Shown: positions 63,208 through 64,000 of the stretch, one piece after another
How the letters are laid out: each line of letters begins with the position of its first letter
How positions within the stretch are numbered: position 1 is the first letter of the stretch
Source of the DNA: an uncultured Actinomycetes bacterium
GTDB lineage: Bacteria > Actinomycetota > UBA4738 > JBBDTT01
Length of the DNA stretch: 64,000 bases
NCBI GenBank assembly: GCA_963742735.1
Contig: CAVUMN010000004.1
Location: forward strand, 1,280,001 to 1,344,000
Direction: 5' to 3'
Notes under the pieces: generated by a model
Seen by the model: only the letters and a program-made list of their open reading frames with translations
Database searches by the model: none
What the model was told of the DNA's origin: nothing
Position numbers and translations under genes: made by a program

Positions 63208-64000
63208 CGCTCCGCTCGGAGAGCCGGCTCGAGCGCCTGCTGCACGACGGAACCTTCTGCGTGACGGCGGAGGTGGTCCCGCCTCGCTCGGCCGATCCCG
63301 CGCCGGTGACCGCCCAGGCCGCGCAGCTGTCCGGCTACGCCGACGCCGTGAACGTCACCGACAACCCGACGGCCGCCGTCCACATGTCGCCGGTGGCCGG
63401 CGCCGGACTCGTGTCGGCCGTGGGCCTCGAGCCGATCCTGCAGCTGACCTGCCGCGACCGGAACCGCCTGGGGCTCACCAGCGATCTCCTCGGCGCGTGG
63501 GCGCTCGGCGCGCGCAACGTCCTGTGTATGACCGGCGACCCGTCCGGTCTCGGCGATCACCCGGAGGCGACGCCGGTCTTCGACCTCGACGTGTTCGGCT
63601 TGATCGAGCTCGCGGTGCGGCTGCGCGACGAGCGGCGGCTGCTCTCGGGACAGATGCTCGATCCGGCACCTCGGTACTTCGTCGGCGCCGTGGAGGTGCC
63701 CCTGGTCTCCGGCTACGACCCGTCGCGGCTGGAGCGCAAGGCCGACGCGGGCGCCGACTTCGTCCAGACCCAGATCGTCTACGACGCCGACGCGATGGGG
63801 GAGTGGGCCGAGGCCGTGCGGACGCGCGGCCTGCTCGAGCGGATGTTCGTACTGGTCGGTGTCGCTCCGCCGCGAACCGCCGCAACCCTGCGGTTCATGC
63901 GCGAGCACCTGCCCGGTGTCGTCGTCCCCGACGCGCTGGTCTCGCGGATGGAAGCGGCGGGTCCGGACGCGCAGGCGGAGGGGGTGCGCCTCACGGTGGA
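63204..64000 (+). CDS. metF: Methylenetetrahydrofolate reductase (3' truncated; absent from ORF track because it has no stop in the window)
   Basis: Manual translation from GTG 63204: TAEVVPP, DAVNVTDN, LQLTCRDRNR, LCMTGD, KADAGADFVQTQ. Confidence 0.9.
   Translation, partial: MTLRSESRLERLLHDGTFCVTAEVVPPRSADPAPVTAQAAQLSGYADAVNVTDNPTAAVHMSPVAGAGLVSAVGLEPILQLTCRDRNRLGLTSDLLGAWALGARNVLCMTGDPSGLGDHPEATPVFDLDVFGLIELAVRLRDERRLLSGQMLDPAPRYFVGAVEVPLVSGYDPSRLERKADAGADFVQTQIVYDADAMGEWAEAVRTRGLLERMFVLVGVAPPRTAATLRFMREHLPGVVVPDALVSRMEAAGPDAQAEGVRLTV

Overview
High-GC bacterial chromosome segment, inferred to be Actinomycetota (probably a deep-branching lineage) from gene order and markers such as GuaB3, His-tailed GroEL and DUF4012. 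Most of the window is conserved backbone: the distal spc and alpha ribosomal operons (rplN to rplQ), truA, rplM-rpsI, glmM-glmS-acpS-nnr-alr, tsaE-tsaB-rimI-tsaD, groES-groEL with a perfect CIRCE box, guaB3-guaA, pcrA, sucCD and purN-purH-folD-metF. The main discovery is a complete lasso-peptide (RiPP) cluster between guaA and pcrA (about 36.8-42.9 kb). It encodes a PqqD/RRE (B1), leader peptidase (B2), HPr-kinase-like kinase, lasso cyclase and a 45-aa precursor with its own near-consensus promoter (predicted core GINALPGSDNTVASV, Gly1-Asp9 ring). A convergent ABC exporter plus nucleotidyltransferase operon completes it. The maturation genes are stop/start-coupled to guaA, and the core lacks both a bulky plug residue and the C-terminal Ser that known lasso kinases use. 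Other observations: many leaderless genes, overlapping bidirectional -10 elements, probable non-canonical starts (truA, UDG), a histone-H1-like tail on L13, tandem DUF4012 genes (one with a protamine-like N-terminus), an AT-rich operator palindrome, a block of Pro-rich small membrane proteins and a frameshift in purH. No rRNA, tRNA, CRISPR array or mobile element was seen. All calls are by eye from sequence; no database searches were run.
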